From Vibrio tubiashii (GTDB taxonomy: Bacteria > Pseudomonadota > Gammaproteobacteria > Enterobacterales > Vibrionaceae): a stretch of 32,000 nucleotides of DNA. The notes beneath the pieces were generated by a model. It made no database searches, was not told where the DNA came from, and saw nothing but the letters and a program-made list of their open reading frames with translations. Positions 1-7,868 of this stretch are shown piece after piece. Location: assembly GCA_000775715.1 (NCBI GenBank), contig JRWQ01000001.1, positions 510,225 through 542,224 of the forward strand, read 5' to 3'. A program made the translations under genes and the position numbers. Numbering within the stretch: the stretch's first letter is position 1; every line of letters begins with the position of its first letter.

Positions 1-646
1 GATTAAAAGTCACTTGTTCAGCCTTACCTTGTCTTTCAAATGTGAAGGTACTTGTTCGTACATTGCGATGAGAAATGAACTGATGATTAGTCAACTCAGC
101 TGCCGTTTTGGGGTGCCCGTACTCAGCCAAATACTCCTGTGAGGCCATCAAGTGAATCCCCAAGTCACCGATTCGTTTATAGATGAGCGAAGAATCCGGA
201 AATTCTGCACTGGCCCGAACACAAATGTCATAGCCTTCTTCGACCATATCAACAAACCGATCTTCAACCGAAATATCGAGCTCAATCTCAGGGTACTGTT
301 TTAAAAAACCAGCACATAGATTAGCGCTATCATGATCGCCCAGAACACTCGGCATACTCACTCGCAGTAACCCTGAAGGTGTTCCTCTCAGCTCAGCGAT
401 TTCACTTTCCGCGATCGACAATTGAGTGATTATTTTTCGACAATGTTTTAGAAATGACCGACCTGACTCTGTCAATGTCAGCACACGCGTAGTTCTTTGC
501 AATAACCGAGTACCGAGTGATTTCTCCAAGGCCGAGATCTGCTTACTCACATAAGAAGGTGTGGTGTTTAACTCATCGGCTGTTTTTGAAAAGTTTCCCG
601 TTTCTGTCACCCGAATGAATATCCGCATTGCGTTGAGCTTATCCAT
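1..646 (-). CDS. LysR-family transcriptional regulator, N-terminal ~215 codons (3' end lies beyond the left window edge)
   Basis: Absent from the ORF track because it runs off the window. The reverse complement from ATG 646..644 reads MDKLNAMRIFIRVTETGNFSKTADELNTTPSYVSKQISALEKSLGTRLLQRTTRVLTLTESG..., a canonical LysR winged-HTH. The frame stays open to position 1. It is divergent from the oxidoreductase gene, as is typical for LysR regulators. Confidence 0.85.
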   Translation of the reverse strand, partial: MDKLNAMRIFIRVTETGNFSKTADELNTTPSYVSKQISALEKSLGTRLLQRTTRVLTLTESGRSFLKHCRKIITQLSIAESEIAELRGTPSGLLRVSMPSVLGDHDSANLCAGFLKQYPEIELDISVEDRFVDMVEEGYDICVRASAEFPDSSLIYKRIGDLGIHLMASQEYLAEYGHPKTAAELTNHQFISHRNVRTSTFTFERQGKAEQVTFN

Positions 647-666
647 GCTTACCATTCCTTGATTTA

Positions 667-679
667 TTCCAATATGGAA
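667..679. promoter_or_regulatory. Candidate LysR box (TTCCA-ATA-TGGAA, fits T-N11-A)
   Basis: Perfect 5-bp inverted repeat with a 3-nt spacer, in the 114-bp divergent intergenic region between the LysR gene and the oxidoreductase gene. Confidence 0.3.
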
Positions 680-760
680 AAACTGTTAACCATCAAGGTA
701 TATTTATCAATCAGATAGGAATAAATACTATAACTCTCGATTCGTAAATGGAGAGACATC

Positions 761-1681
761 ATGAAAGCTGTTCAACTTAATGAAACAGGACAAGTAGAAA
801 TTCGAGATATCGCCGTTCCAAAACCAGAGCACGATGAGATTCTGATTAAAGTCTTAGCGGTCGGTATCAACCCTGTCGATTGGAAGATTGCATCAGGGCA
901 ACTTGATCAGTTGATTAATCAACCTCTACCTCTCACCCTTGGCTGGGATGTAGCGGGTGAAGTGGTTCATTCAGGCAAAGGCTACCTTGCAGGAGATAAA
1001 GTCTACGGCATGAAAACCATCGGCCAAGAGGGTACACTCTCAGAATACTGCACCGTCAAACGTTCAGAAATTACCCTCGCGCCGAAGACCTTAGATATTT
1101 TAAAAGCAGCCTCTGTCCCCATGGTTAGCTTAACTAGCTGGCAAGCCTTGTTCACCGCAGGAAATATTCGTCGCCATCAGCGTGTTCTAATTCAAGCTGG
1201 TGCCGGTGGGGTAGGTTCAATCGCTATTCAATTGGCCAAAATTATGGGAGCTTATGTCATTGCCACCACCTCAGCGAAAAATAGAGAGTACGTGCTTAGC
1301 CTCGGTGCAGATGAAGTGATTGATTATCAGACAAGCAACATCATCGATGCCCTAAAAGACAACCCCGTTGATTTGGTTCTAGAGTCTCAAGCAGGTGAGT
1401 TTCAGCTCGAAGCGATTGAAGTGCTAAAACCGAAGGGAAAGCTGGTGAGTATTTCATGGATCCCTCCAGAAATAGTGAAAGCCGCAGAGCAAAAAGGCGT
1501 CGAAACGGAGTTTGTTTTCGTTCAATACAATGCAGAACATTTACGCCACATTACTGACCTAATCGATGACGATCAGCTTAAAGTGACCCTCAGCGGTCAA
1601 TATCATTTCGAGGACATTGCTGAGGCTTACGATGAGAGCAAACAAGGTCGAGTACGAGGTAAACTGGTCGCCACATTCTAA
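761..1681 (+). CDS. Zinc-type alcohol dehydrogenase-like / NADPH:quinone oxidoreductase (MDR superfamily)
   Basis: 306-aa ORF with a GroES-like N-terminal pattern (VLAVGINPVDWK) and the Rossmann motif AGAGGVGSIAIQLAK. SD-like GGAGAGA lies 4 nt upstream of the ATG. Confidence 0.85.
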   Translation: MKAVQLNETGQVEIRDIAVPKPEHDEILIKVLAVGINPVDWKIASGQLDQLINQPLPLTLGWDVAGEVVHSGKGYLAGDKVYGMKTIGQEGTLSEYCTVKRSEITLAPKTLDILKAASVPMVSLTSWQALFTAGNIRRHQRVLIQAGAGGVGSIAIQLAKIMGAYVIATTSAKNREYVLSLGADEVIDYQTSNIIDALKDNPVDLVLESQAGEFQLEAIEVLKPKGKLVSISWIPPEIVKAAEQKGVETEFVFVQYNAEHLRHITDLIDDDQLKVTLSGQYHFEDIAEAYDESKQGRVRGKLVATF

Positions 1682-1735
1682 CTCTTCTGTCACATAATCT
1701 GTAGATGATTGCCCTATTTCTCTGATGAATGGAAC

Positions 1736-1771
1736 CACAAAAGAAAAACGCAGTGATTGGCCATCACTGCG
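1736..1771 (-). terminator. Intrinsic terminator oriented for the minus strand, with no annotated minus-strand gene upstream of it
   Basis: Perfect 9-bp stem CGCAGTGAT/ATCACTGCG (1749-1757 / 1763-1771) with a 5-nt loop. On the minus strand it is followed by TTTTTCTTTTGTG. On the plus strand it is followed by CTCTGCCATC, which has no U-tract. Confidence 0.45.
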
Positions 1772-2009
1772 CTCTGCCATCAAAGATACGGTGCCGCCCG
1801 TAAAAGAAATGGACAGTTCCTATCACCTTCAATCTGTGGTTTCAGGTTTGCTTTATGCAGGTTTATTCATCACGTATGGAATACCTAGTTAATACCCGAA
1901 GAGAAAGAAAACGCTCTTAAAATAGTTACTTCTTGAGATTCGGAGACACTAATCTGGTAATGGTTTATCTAGGGTTGAGTTTAAAACTAATTATTGTTAG
2001 CTTGTCGGC

Positions 2010-2063
2010 ATGAAATGTATCACAACACCTTCATCATTTTTCTTTTGGTGGCGCTCTAACTAG
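2010..2063 (+). CDS. Candidate leader peptide MKCITTPSSFFFWWRSN (tandem Trp codons) upstream of trpS
   Basis: ATG 2010 to TAG 2061-2063, with TGG TGG at 2046-2051. The C-terminal tail WWRSN-stop resembles E. coli TrpL ...GWWRTS-stop. Overlapping alternative hairpins follow. Weakness: there is no clear SD. Confidence 0.45.
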   Translation: MKCITTPSSFFFWWRSN

Positions 2064-2161
2064 AGCGGCACGGGATTCTCACATTCTTAAGCTGCTGGAA
2101 GGTGGCTAGGACTGTGTTCTCATTATCTCCAGTAGCGATCTATTTACTAGGAGATTAAATC

Positions 2162-3184
2162 ATGAACACTAATCAACCCTCTAATAAATCAGAAATTATT
2201 TTAACAGGCGACAGAGCGACAGGTCCCTTGCATCTTGGCCACTATGTCGGCTCTCTGAAGCAGCGTGTCTCTTTGCAACATGCTCACGACCAGACTATTC
2301 TTGTCGCTGATATGCAAGGTCTAACAGATAACGCTCACAATCCCTCAAAAGTATCTTCTAATATACTTAATGTCGTCGCAGATTATCTTGCGGTAGGTAT
2401 CGACCCGAGTAAAACAACCATTTGTCTTCAGTCGCAATTACCCGCATTAGCTGAGCTAACGATGTATTACAGTAATCTTGTGACGATAGCGCGATTGGAG
2501 CGAAACCCTACCGTGAAAAGTGAGATTCAAAATAGAGGCTTTGAACGCTCTATCCCTGCTGGCTTTTTAACATACCCAATTTCTCAGGCCGCAGACATCA
2601 CAGCTTTCAACGCGACTCTCGTTCCTGTTGGGGATGACCAACTGCCTATGCTTGAACAAACAAATGAGATTGTAAGAAAAATAAATGCCCTCGCAGGAAA
2701 AACAGTTCTCAATGAATGCCGCCCACTACTAAGTAACGCACCGCGTCTACCTAGCACAGATGGAAAGAACAAGATGTCAAAATCAATGGGCAATGCAATC
2801 AACCTTGGTTTTTCTCAGAAGGAGATCAGTGCTGCTGTAAAATCAATGTATACCGACCCAAATCACTTGAAAATTGAAGATGCAGGTTGTGTTGAAGGAA
2901 ACGTTGTTTTTACCTATCTTGATGCATTTCACCCAGATTCAGACTACATCACCCAATTGAAGGAGCACTACCAACGAGGAGGTCTTGGTGATGGAACCAC
3001 AAAAAAAATCCTTGATGAATGTCTGCAAGAACTACTTCGACCTATTCGAGAGAAAAGAGCTGAACTATTAAATGATAAAGCTCAGTTAATCAACATTTTG
3101 GCTAAGGGAAGTCAGGTATCTAGAGAGAAAACTGAGAAAGTACTTTTTGATATCAAAGATATATTCGGGCTGAATATCCTCTGA
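2162..3184 (+). CDS. trpS: Tryptophan--tRNA ligase (divergent / auxiliary type)
   Basis: 340 aa. HIGH-type motif GPLHLGHYVG, KMSKS present verbatim (NKMSKSMGN), and VPVGDDQLP, all characteristic of class Ic TrpRS. SD AGGAG (2149-2153) lies 8 nt upstream. Confidence 0.9.
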   Translation: MNTNQPSNKSEIILTGDRATGPLHLGHYVGSLKQRVSLQHAHDQTILVADMQGLTDNAHNPSKVSSNILNVVADYLAVGIDPSKTTICLQSQLPALAELTMYYSNLVTIARLERNPTVKSEIQNRGFERSIPAGFLTYPISQAADITAFNATLVPVGDDQLPMLEQTNEIVRKINALAGKTVLNECRPLLSNAPRLPSTDGKNKMSKSMGNAINLGFSQKEISAAVKSMYTDPNHLKIEDAGCVEGNVVFTYLDAFHPDSDYITQLKEHYQRGGLGDGTTKKILDECLQELLRPIREKRAELLNDKAQLINILAKGSQVSREKTEKVLFDIKDIFGLNIL

Positions 3185-3474
3185 ACTGAACAGACTATGC
3201 TTCGGGAGCCTCAACTCAAACTAGTGAGTAATGCTCCCGACCTGATCCGAGTTGCATTGGCATGCAACAACCCACCACAAGCAGGCAACAAGTATGTTTA
3301 ACCGCTACAAACATCATTTCCAGTCTTTTTTGAACGTAACTTGCTGTCAATTGCAAGGTTAAGCAAAGATAACGCCATCAGGTTATCACTTAACTCAAGT
3401 AGAGTTCTGACTCACCAGATTTCCTCTAGTCTAAATGGCTTTTTGACACCTGTGTCTCTACCTTTTTTAGTCAT

Positions 3475-4278
3475 TTACTGAGGCTGACGTTTCATATCGT
3501 CATGAACCATGGCATTGTCCAGTTCGTGGATTGTACCGATACGCACACGTTTTTCCGGTGCCAGCTTTTCGTACTCAGTGAGATAGATATCGCTGTGAAT
3601 GTGCTCGGCAATCATTTTCACCAACAGGCGATTGTTGGTATATAAGCCTACCGTCTCTTCTCGATGTGAGAACATTAAGCCCTGCTTCATATCGGCAACA
3701 ATCATAAAGCGGTGGGAAGGATACTCAGTCTCTTCATTATCTGAGCGAGCGTAGAGCTCAATTTTTGGATGAGGTACCGCGATGCGATTAAATGAGAAGG
3801 CGATAATTCGCACTCCACGCTCAGCCGCCTCAATCAATTCTGCCGAGAATCTTGGGTCAAGTTGGAAGTCGGTGTTGAGGTAGATTTCGACTTGAGCTAA
3901 CTCGATCACCTCTTTGGCTTTCTGGACTAAGTTGTCGATACCAGTGACGTTGTACACAAACTCTTTTTCCTCAGTGAGCATCATTCGTGACAACTCTTTC
4001 TTAAGGATATGGATGTTTTCTACGGTACTCTTTTCGATCTGGTTAAAGATAAGCTCTGGAGATTTGGCTTCGTACTCTTTAGTGTCTCCATCGGACATAA
4101 AGATATAACCATTTTTGTATAGATTATCGATAGAAGAGTAGACAGAAGAACGCGACAGAGAGATATCTTTCGCGATTTTGTAGCCACTGGCACAACCGTT
4201 TTTGAGAAGGTTGATATAGACCAAGGAATCCGTTTTCGTAAAACCAAAATTCATCAACTTAGTAACCAAGTCTGACAC
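3475..4278 (-). CDS. TrmB-family sugar-responsive transcriptional regulator
   Basis: The N-terminus ...DLVTKLMNFGFTKTDSLVYINLLKNGCASGYKIAKDISLSRSSVYSSIDNLYKNGYI matches the TrmB winged-HTH pattern, followed by a ~180-aa C-terminal domain. The track ORF begins at a TTG (4302). I prefer GTG 4278, which has SD AGAGGA 6 nt upstream. Confidence 0.65.
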   Translation of the reverse strand: MSDLVTKLMNFGFTKTDSLVYINLLKNGCASGYKIAKDISLSRSSVYSSIDNLYKNGYIFMSDGDTKEYEAKSPELIFNQIEKSTVENIHILKKELSRMMLTEEKEFVYNVTGIDNLVQKAKEVIELAQVEIYLNTDFQLDPRFSAELIEAAERGVRIIAFSFNRIAVPHPKIELYARSDNEETEYPSHRFMIVADMKQGLMFSHREETVGLYTNNRLLVKMIAEHIHSDIYLTEYEKLAPEKRVRIGTIHELDNAMVHDDMKRQPQ

Positions 4279-4335
4279 GGTTTGTCCTCTAAAATTATTC
4301 AATATTGTGTTCCACTTTGGTTAGATTATCACTGG

Positions 4336-5235
4336 TTAAGCTCTAAGCCTAACTTGACGTGCAAGTAGTTGCGCTTTTGTTTGAGCTGCTCCGTGAGCAA
4401 TAGAAAAATCCTCGTAGGGCAGAGCCAGCATTGCTGGCCGCGGGGAGAGGTTGCAATAGCGACTAAGGGCAACTTTTAGGTCACTCGAGATCTGTGCATA
4501 GCGCGACGCGCTGCCAAGTATTAGCAAGCTTCTTGGCAAGCTATTTTCGATATGTGGCTTTAGCGCGCGAGCCAGTTGATCGATGTAGCGTCGATAGGTA
4601 CGTGCGGCAATAGGGTCTCCAGATTCTAATGCGCAAAATATCTCTTTTACATTGGCGCGTTTAAGCAGGATCTGCTCATACTGTCGCTCCAATCCTGAAA
4701 CCGAAACAAACTGTTCAGTACACGCTTCACTGGCACAACTGCAGCTAGTAACGAGGCCATCAAGGACGAAGTCATAGTCCGGAAGAGCGACATGCGCCCA
4801 GGGTATCGAGCGCATGGTGCGTTGAGAAATACCGCGACGAGTTCTACTGCAAGAGTAAAGCTCGCATTCGTTATCGAGTACAACGCACAGCACTTCTCCG
4901 AGTTTTATCTGCGATAAGACATCAGGTGAACTCTGTAAACCAGCTTCGACAAAGTTGCTCTTGCTGCAAGGGATTCGATAGTGCTGTTCAATCAGGGTGG
5001 GTAACGCCAATTGATGACGCTCAAGCCAGACTTGAACTTCCTCAGTCATCGCCAACCCAATCGAACAGAATGTACTGTATGCCCATTGGAAGTTGTCCAC
5101 CAACTGAAACACCTGCTGTTTAACTTCCAGCGCGGTCTGATTGAGGCTTTGCTGACTCGTATATACGGTATTGAGCTGCTCATCAAGCACCGTCGCCTTG
5201 AGTTGAACTTTGTCTATCGAGATCCCCAGATGCAT
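4336..5235 (-). CDS. ROK/ASKHA-like protein with degenerate kinase motifs
   Basis: Start moved to ATG 5235 (SD GAGGGGA upstream). The track start at 5289 would overlap the GH13 gene. CSCASEACTEQ aligns to the ROK zinc motif CxCGxxGCxE. The N-terminal MHLGISIDKVQLKATVLD aligns to the DIGGT phosphate loop, but the glycines are lost. Confidence 0.5.
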   Translation of the reverse strand: MHLGISIDKVQLKATVLDEQLNTVYTSQQSLNQTALEVKQQVFQLVDNFQWAYSTFCSIGLAMTEEVQVWLERHQLALPTLIEQHYRIPCSKSNFVEAGLQSSPDVLSQIKLGEVLCVVLDNECELYSCSRTRRGISQRTMRSIPWAHVALPDYDFVLDGLVTSCSCASEACTEQFVSVSGLERQYEQILLKRANVKEIFCALESGDPIAARTYRRYIDQLARALKPHIENSLPRSLLILGSASRYAQISSDLKVALSRYCNLSPRPAMLALPYEDFSIAHGAAQTKAQLLARQVRLRA

Positions 5236-5248
5236 GCTTTCCCCTCGC

Positions 5249-7018
5249 TTAGTCGTACCAGTAACCGTAAGCCGGTAAACTGATGTCACGATTATCTAGC
5301 GTTACGTTGGCCGGAGAGTCGCTGTTGTTGATCAGGAAGCGTCTTGAGCCGCGTTGATAGCCGACAACGGTAGGATGATGAGTCTCTATCCAGTCGATGT
5401 ATGGTTGATTAAAGCTGTCATCGCCTTTTCTTAGCTCGATCAGTTGTTCAATGAAGGCTTTGAAATCGAGTTCTGTCTGGTTTGGAGACCAGTTCATACA
5501 GCGGCGGTTATCTTCAAGTCCCATGCCTTTTCTCCCTTCCATCGCGACTTCGCCGCCATAGTAAATGCAGGGAGCACCAGCTTGAGTGAACATAAACAGA
5601 TAGGCGAGTTTCGCCCGACGAAGATCGTTACCGCAAAGACTAATTAAGCGAGTGGTATCGTGGCTTTCTAGCAAGTTAAACATCGCTTCGTTAACGTTGC
5701 GTGGATAGGCCAGATAAGCGCTTGTGACAGTCTCCATAAACTGCTGTTTGTTCTGGGCATCAAGGGCAAAGTAATCGGTAATGGCCTGAGTCATTGGGTA
5801 GTTCATTAACGAATCGTACTGATCACCACGCAACCATGGCATACCTTCGTGCCAAATCTCCCCCAAAATGTAGCAGTCTGGTTTTACCTGCTTAACTACG
5901 TTGCGAAACTCGCGCCAGAACTGGTGGTCAACTTCATTGGCGACATCCAGTCTCCAGCCGTCGATGTCGAACTCTTCTACCCAGTAGCGAGCGACATCTA
6001 ACAGGTATTCACGACATGGCTGATGTTCAGTGTTGAGCTTTGGCATCTCAAGCACGTTGCCAAACGTTTCGTAGTTGAAGTTCCAGCAGTCCCACTCCGA
6101 TTTATCAGTGTCGGGATAAACGGGGAACTGATTGATCCAAAACCAGTCTGCGTATTGAGATTTTTCGCCGTTCTTAACCACGTCTAACCAGAACGGATGT
6201 TGATCGCCGATGTGATTGAACACCGCGTCGAGCATCACTTTCATGCCTCGATCATGCGCCTCTTTAATCAGAGCTCTGAATGCTTCATTGCCGCCAAAGT
6301 GAGGATCGACATTGAAGTAATCAACTGTGTCGTACTTATGGCTGGTATTGGCAGTAAAGATTGGGCACAGATAGAGTCCGTTGACCCCCAAATTTTTAAG
6401 GTAATCGAGATGTTCAATTACGCCCCACAAATCACCGCCCATAAAGTTGCTTGAGGTAGGAACGCTTCCCCATGGCTCAGCATTTTTCGGGCTTATTTCT
6501 GGTCTTCCGTTGGCAAATCGTTCAGGAAAGATCTGATACCAAACGGTCGACTTGGTCCATTGTGGAGTGACCAGAACATCTTTTGGATTGATATAAGGGA
6601 AGCAGAAGAAATTGCTCAGATTGCTCAGCTCAGTTTCTTCCGCTGCCTTGCTGTGTAAATCAACGGTGCGTTTCTCGCCAAACAGTATTTTTTCACCATC
6701 TTTGCCGTAGAGAATAAAACCGTAACGACTGCGGCGTTTAGGCGGTGTAAACTCCGCAAACCAGTGGTCGTGATGTTCGGTGACACCTTCTCGTTCCATT
6801 GGAACTTCGTTGCCACCGACCCAGCCATGAGCATCGCTGCCGCCCAGGTTACCACCGTCCAAGCCTCCTTCCGCCCAGCGGTAAGGGTCACCTATCCATA
6901 AGCTAACGCGCTCAACTTCGTCTTTGGCACATTTAAGTCTCAGGTGCAGAGTCTGCTCATCGTAAGCGTAGCTGTCCGCACTTTTAACTGTGTGTGTTAG
7001 TGAGCTTCGGGTAATCAT
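5249..7018 (-). CDS. Cytoplasmic GH13 cyclomaltodextrinase / neopullulanase / maltogenic amylase-type enzyme
   Basis: 589 aa with no signal peptide. GH13 regions DAVFNHIG (I), GWRLDVANEV (II), LGEIWHE (III) and LLESHDT (IV). It has the extra N-terminal ~130-aa domain typical of this subgroup. Confidence 0.85.
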   Translation of the reverse strand: MITRSSLTHTVKSADSYAYDEQTLHLRLKCAKDEVERVSLWIGDPYRWAEGGLDGGNLGGSDAHGWVGGNEVPMEREGVTEHHDHWFAEFTPPKRRSRYGFILYGKDGEKILFGEKRTVDLHSKAAEETELSNLSNFFCFPYINPKDVLVTPQWTKSTVWYQIFPERFANGRPEISPKNAEPWGSVPTSSNFMGGDLWGVIEHLDYLKNLGVNGLYLCPIFTANTSHKYDTVDYFNVDPHFGGNEAFRALIKEAHDRGMKVMLDAVFNHIGDQHPFWLDVVKNGEKSQYADWFWINQFPVYPDTDKSEWDCWNFNYETFGNVLEMPKLNTEHQPCREYLLDVARYWVEEFDIDGWRLDVANEVDHQFWREFRNVVKQVKPDCYILGEIWHEGMPWLRGDQYDSLMNYPMTQAITDYFALDAQNKQQFMETVTSAYLAYPRNVNEAMFNLLESHDTTRLISLCGNDLRRAKLAYLFMFTQAGAPCIYYGGEVAMEGRKGMGLEDNRRCMNWSPNQTELDFKAFIEQLIELRKGDDSFNQPYIDWIETHHPTVVGYQRGSRRFLINNSDSPANVTLDNRDISLPAYGYWYD

Positions 7019-7034
7019 AAATTAGATCCTGTTA

Positions 7035-7868
7035 TTATTCTTTTACTGCACCACTCACTAAGCCTGTGGTGATGTGTTTTTGAGTCGCAACAAAAAGCAG
7101 AGTGATCGGTATTGCTACCAGCAGAGAGCCTGCGGCAAACAGAGTGAAGTTTTCTGCCGAGTTAGAGGTGATCCAACTGAAAATACCAATAGCCAGAGTC
7201 ATTTTCTCTTCACTGCGTAAGATCAGAGTTGGCAGAATGAAGTCCATCCACGGGCCAGTAAATGACACCAGAGCGACAAACACCAAGATAGGTCTCGCCA
7301 GAGGTAAGATGATCTCGATAAAAATAGTCATATGCCCTGCACCGTCGATTTTTGCTGCCTCATCGAGCGAAGTCGGAATCGCGTCAAAGTAACCCTTCAC
7401 TAGCCAAGTCATAAACGGTAGCGAGCCAGCGACGTAGACAAACAACAGACCGGCGTAGGTATCGATCATATTAAGTTTCGATAGCAGGATATAAATCGCT
7501 GTCATCGATAAGAACGCAGGGAACATCTGCAATACCAGCACACCCATCAAGACATTGCGTTTGCCTTTAAATCGATAGCGTGAGAACACGTAAGCGGTCA
7601 TGGTGACCACCACCAGAGAAATCAGCATATTCGCCGTTGCCAGAGCGAAGGTGTTGAGATACCACTGCAAATAAGGGGTATCCTGAAACAGCGCCACATA
7701 ATGCTCTAGTGAAAAGCTCCAACCGGAAAACGAGGAGCTGAACATATTGCTGCCCGGTTTGAAGGACGCCAATACTGTCCAGATAACCGGCCCTAAAACC
7801 AGTAATGCATTGGTTAACAGGAACAGATAGACCAAACCTGTGGCTAATTTTTGCAACAGAAACTTCAT
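7035..7868 (-). CDS. Maltodextrin ABC transporter permease, MalG-like
   Basis: 277 aa with about 6 TM segments and the EAA loop DEAAKIDGAGHMTIFIEIILP. Its start overlaps the stop of the upstream permease gene (TAATG). Confidence 0.85.
   Translation of the reverse strand: MKFLLQKLATGLVYLFLLTNALLVLGPVIWTVLASFKPGSNMFSSSFSGWSFSLEHYVALFQDTPYLQWYLNTFALATANMLISLVVVTMTAYVFSRYRFKGKRNVLMGVLVLQMFPAFLSMTAIYILLSKLNMIDTYAGLLFVYVAGSLPFMTWLVKGYFDAIPTSLDEAAKIDGAGHMTIFIEIILPLARPILVFVALVSFTGPWMDFILPTLILRSEEKMTLAIGIFSWITSNSAENFTLFAAGSLLVAIPITLLFVATQKHITTGLVSGAVKE

Noticed and set aside
2040-2075. T-box riboswitch upstream of trpS (TTGGTGGCGCTC resembles the GGGTGG part of the T-box motif)
   Set aside because: The motif lacks the conserved NACCGCG continuation. 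I found no recognisable Stem I, specifier loop or GA motif. T-boxes are essentially absent from gamma-proteobacteria. The same nucleotides are better explained as the TGG TGG codons of a leader peptide.
3197-3301. 34-codon ORF (MLREPQLKLVSNAPDLIRVALACNNPPQAGNKYV) and two hairpins (3202-3240, 3251-3268) in the trpS/TrmB convergent gap
   Set aside because: The ORF has no SD and overlaps the hairpins. Neither hairpin is followed by a U-tract on either strand, so I cannot call a terminator or a gene.
5236-5289. 18-codon N-terminal extension of the ROK-like ORF (track start 5289)
   Set aside because: It would overlap the 3' end of the GH13 gene by 41 nt. ATG 5235 has a good SD and aligns with the start of the ROK fold.
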